Source: Squalus acanthias (lineage: Eukaryota). Taken from it: 64,000 nucleotides of DNA. The stretch spans positions 40,672,001 to 40,736,000 of the forward strand of contig CM059443.1 in NCBI GenBank assembly GCA_030390025.1, given 5' to 3'. Of the stretch, positions 60,801 through 64,000 are shown piece after piece. The notes beneath the pieces are model-generated. The model made no database searches. It saw nothing but the letters and a program-made list of their open reading frames with translations, and was not told the DNA's origin. Both the position numbers and the translations under genes were made by a program. Numbering within the stretch: the first letter of the stretch is position 1; each line of letters starts with the position of its first letter.

Positions 60801-61082
60801 ACAGTGCTAACAGTCTGCGTGTGGGCCTGCGTACAGCGCTGGCGGTCTGCGTGTGGGCCTGCGTACAGCGCTGGCGGTCTGCGTGTGGGCCTGCGTACAG
60901 TGCTGGCGGTCTGCGTGTGGGCCTGCGTACAGTGCTGGCGGTCTGCGTGTGGGCCTGCGTACAGTGCTGGCGGTCTGCGTGTGGGCCTGCGTACAGTGCT
61001 GGCGGTCTGCGTGTGGGCCTGCGTACAGCGCTGGCGGTCTGCGTGTGGGCCTGCGTACAGTGCTGGCGGTCTGCGTGTGGGC
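48858..61082. repeat. 12.2-kb array of a 32-bp unit (about 380 copies)
   Basis: gcgtacagtgctggcggtctgcgtgtgggcct. Confidence 0.98.
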
Positions 61083-61193
61083 TGGGTGCCACATTCTCCA
61101 GCCAAAGGGGAAGTTGCGATGTTTGCATTGTCCAATGACCGAGGACTCTCAACAGCGGGGACAGTGAATAAATGGACCATGTGACACACTCAC

Positions 61194-61307
61194 CGTATTT
61201 CTGAACTTCAAAGGTTTTATTGTAGGTGTAATCCTGCAGTTGGACGAAGATTATCCACTCGCCGAGCACAGGCTGGTCCGACAGTGGCAGGCTCATGTTT
61301 ACAATAC
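61194..61307 (-). CDS. CPAMD8: CPAMD8 early exon (MG2 domain)
   Basis: ccttcag| and G|gtgagt; [38 protein letters not shown]; phase 1-1. Confidence 0.92.
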
Positions 61308-61866
61308 CTGAAGGAAAGTAAAGGCCAGCTGATTATTCCTGGGCCGGAGGGGTGAGGTTTATTTGTACAATTCTCCGCCACAAATAAATCACCGATTAGA
61401 CTGGCGTTCCATGTGGGTCAGAGTGTTCCGGTGAGCACAGCTCGATCGAGTGATGCCACACACACTGCCCCTCAGAGCTGGGCATCCACCAGCAGTCCCA
61501 CTGACACCTGGCGTGGCACAGCTCTCTGAGGTAATGCTCTGAGGGGGCACACGGCAGCCTGACACTGGGCTTCACATCGAGCTGAAGTGTGAACCCGACC
61601 CTCCTCTCCTCAGAGGACAGCCCGCTCGCCCTTCCCGCCCGCTCGTACACCCTGCACTAACCCGGCCCACCCACACTCGCTCGCTCGCGCGCACCCGCCA
61701 CCCGCCCGCTCGCCCACCACCCGCTCGCCCAATCCAAGCAACAGATAAAAACAGCAGTGAGCTTGTGGGAAATGGAAATGTCACTGGGGTGAAGTTAAAC
61801 CAGGAGAAAGTGAGTCCAGTTCATTTTCAGTGTTCGGCAATGACTGACTGCGAGAAACCTGCTCTC

Positions 61867-62207
61867 TGTACTGGCGAGGGATTCACACCCTCACTGCACT
61901 GGCGAGGGATTCACACCCTCACTCTACTGGCGAGGGATTCAACCCCTCACTGTACTGGCGAGGGATTCACCCCCTCACTGTACTGACGAGGGATTCGCCC
62001 CCTCACTGCAGTGGCGAGGGATTCAGACCCTCACTGCACTGGCAAGGGATTCACCCCCTCACTGTACTGGCGAGGGATTCACCCCCTCACTGTACTGGCG
62101 AGGGATTCACCCCCTCACTGCACTGGCGAGGTGTTCACCCCCTCACTGCACTGGCGAGGGATTCACCCCCTCACTGCACTGGCGAGGGGTTCACCCCCTC
62201 ACTGCAC
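61867..62207. repeat. 28-29-bp minisatellite, about 12 copies
   Basis: actggcgagggattcaccccctcactgc. Confidence 0.92.
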
Positions 62208-63495
62208 TGACTGCAGCCACGGAGCAGGGGTCACTGGGAAACACTCCAAACACGCTCGGCTTCAAATCAAGAAAGAAGTGGCGAGGTGATCGAGAGTTTA
62301 GATCGTTCCCGCTGTAGCTGGTGCTGGTGTCCCCGGGTTAGCGAGGGTGAAATCAGCCGGGGCTCCTGTACCCAGCTGTCATCCAGTGACCCTGGCAGGA
62401 AATGCGTGTGTGCGTGGGGATTGGGTGAGGGAGGATTGGGCTGTGGTGCCACCCACAGACCGAACCCTGGCACACTCACATCGAGACACTTGGGTTAGAC
62501 ACCAGAGGGTCCATGTAACCCATCTCACAGAACCGGTCACTGCCCGAGAGAGAGAGAGACAGACAGAGAGAGAGAGGAGAGAGAGACACAGAGAGCAGAG
62601 AGANNNNNNNNNNNNNNNNNNNNNNNNNNNNNNNNNNNNNNNNNNNNNNNNNNNNNNNNNNNNNNNNNNNNNNNNNNNNNNNNNNNNNNNNNNNNNNNNN
62701 NNNNNNNNNNNNNNNNNNNNNNNNNNNNNNNNNNNNNNNNNNNNNNNNNNNNNNNNNNNNNNNNNNNNNNNNNNNNNNNNNNNNNNNNNNNNNNNNNNNN
62801 NNNNNNNNNNNNNNNNNNNNNNNNNNNNNNNNNNNNNNNNNNNNNNNNNNNNNNNNNNNNNNNNNNNNNNNNNNNNNNNNNNNNNNNNNNNNNNNNNNNN
62901 NNNNNNNNNNNNNNNNNNNNNNNNNNNNNNNNNNNNNNNNNNNNNNNNNNNNNNNNNNNNNNNNNNNNNNNNNNNNNNNNNNNNNNNNNNNNNNNNNNNN
63001 NNNNNNNNNNNNNNNNNNNNNNNNNNNNNNNNNNNNNNNNNNNNNNNNNNNNNNNNNNNNNNNNNNNNNNNNNNNNNNNNNNNNNNNNNNNNNNNNNNNN
63101 NNNNNNNNNNNNNNNNNNNNNNNNNNNNNNNNNNNNNNNNNNNNNNNNNNNNNNNNNNNNNNNNNNNNNNNNNNNNNNNNNNNNNNNNNNNNNNNNNNNN
63201 NNNNNNNNNNNNNNNNNNNNNNNNNNNNNNNNNNNNNNNNNNNNNNNNNNNNNNNNNNNNNNNNNNNNNNNNNNNNNNNNNNNNNNNNNNNNNNNNNNNN
63301 NNNNNNNNNNNNNNNNNNNNNNNNNNNNNNNNNNNNNNNNNNNNNNNNNNNNNNNNNNNNNGACAAAAGGGGGATTTTGTTAATGGGGTTGTGTTGTGAT
63401 CAGGAGCTGGGGGAAGCTGATATAAACCGAACCTTTAACGTGTTCTTGGTTTCAATTTTATGGGAATATCAGAGGCGGCAGAATACCATACTTAC

Positions 63496-63550
63496 CACAA
63501 CACACCGGCTTCAGGTCATTCCATTGGATTATCCGAGAGCCTCGTGGATC
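63496..63550 (-). CDS. CPAMD8: CPAMD8 early exon (MG2 domain)
   Basis: ctctcag| and G|gtaagt; DPRGSRIIQWNDLKPVCC. Confidence 0.9.
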
Positions 63551-63684
63551 CTGAGAGAGAGAGAGAGAGAGAGACCGGGAATGTCAGAGAAATTGGGGTC
63601 AGGAGGAACTGAACCACAGACAGATTATTGGCCGAACAATTATCTGCAACCACTGTGCTGCACCCTTCAGGAACCACATCCATT

Positions 63685-64000
63685 TCTATGTCTGTGATTC
63701 CCCCACACGGTGATGGGACGCGGGTCTGTGTCTGTGATTCCCCCGCACAGTGATGGGACGTGGGTCTGTGATTCCCCTGCACAGTGATGGGACGTGGGTC
63801 TGTGTCTGTGATTACCCCACACGGTGATGGGACGCGGGTCTGTGTCTGTGATTACCCCACACGGTGATGGGACGCGGGTCTGTGTCTGTGATTCCCCCAC
63901 ACGGTGATGGGACGCGGGTCTGTGTCTGTGATTACCCCGCACGGTGATGGGACGCGGGTCTGTGTCTGTGATTACCCCACACGGTGATGGGACGCGGGTC
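63685..64000. repeat. 40-bp minisatellite running to the window end
   Basis: gtctgtgattaccccacacggtgatgggacgcgggtctgt. Confidence 0.92.

Noticed and set aside
48877-61184. Many long ORFs (up to 561 aa) in the 32-bp array
   Set aside because: They are open in several frames on both strands because the unit lacks stop codons; no splice or domain evidence.

Overview
Vertebrate genomic DNA, most consistent with a shark or other cartilaginous fish (HE1-type V-SINE, Deu-domain SINEs, abundant CR1 LINEs). Three spliced genes were assembled by hand from GT-AG sites and phase. (1) The last four exons of FKBP8 (+). (2) A ten-exon, stop-free, phase-consistent 3' part of MYO9B (-): second half of C1, RhoGAP and the tail, with no motor, IQ or RA exons visible. 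(3) CPAMD8 (-): two early exons and the C-terminal exons are present, but the whole middle of the gene is not visible. The rest is nested retroelements and many minisatellites, including a 12.2-kb 32-bp array. Best-supported hidden features: four minimal hammerhead ribozyme motifs in Penelope-type insertions with target-site duplications, a 79-bp-arm palindrome, and a 160-bp templated inverted duplication in the last FKBP8 intron. The most intriguing signal is the CPAMD8/motor-less MYO9B arrangement with phase-compatible ends; short N gaps mean an assembly artefact cannot be excluded. Gene identities rest on recalled human protein sequences, not on database searches.
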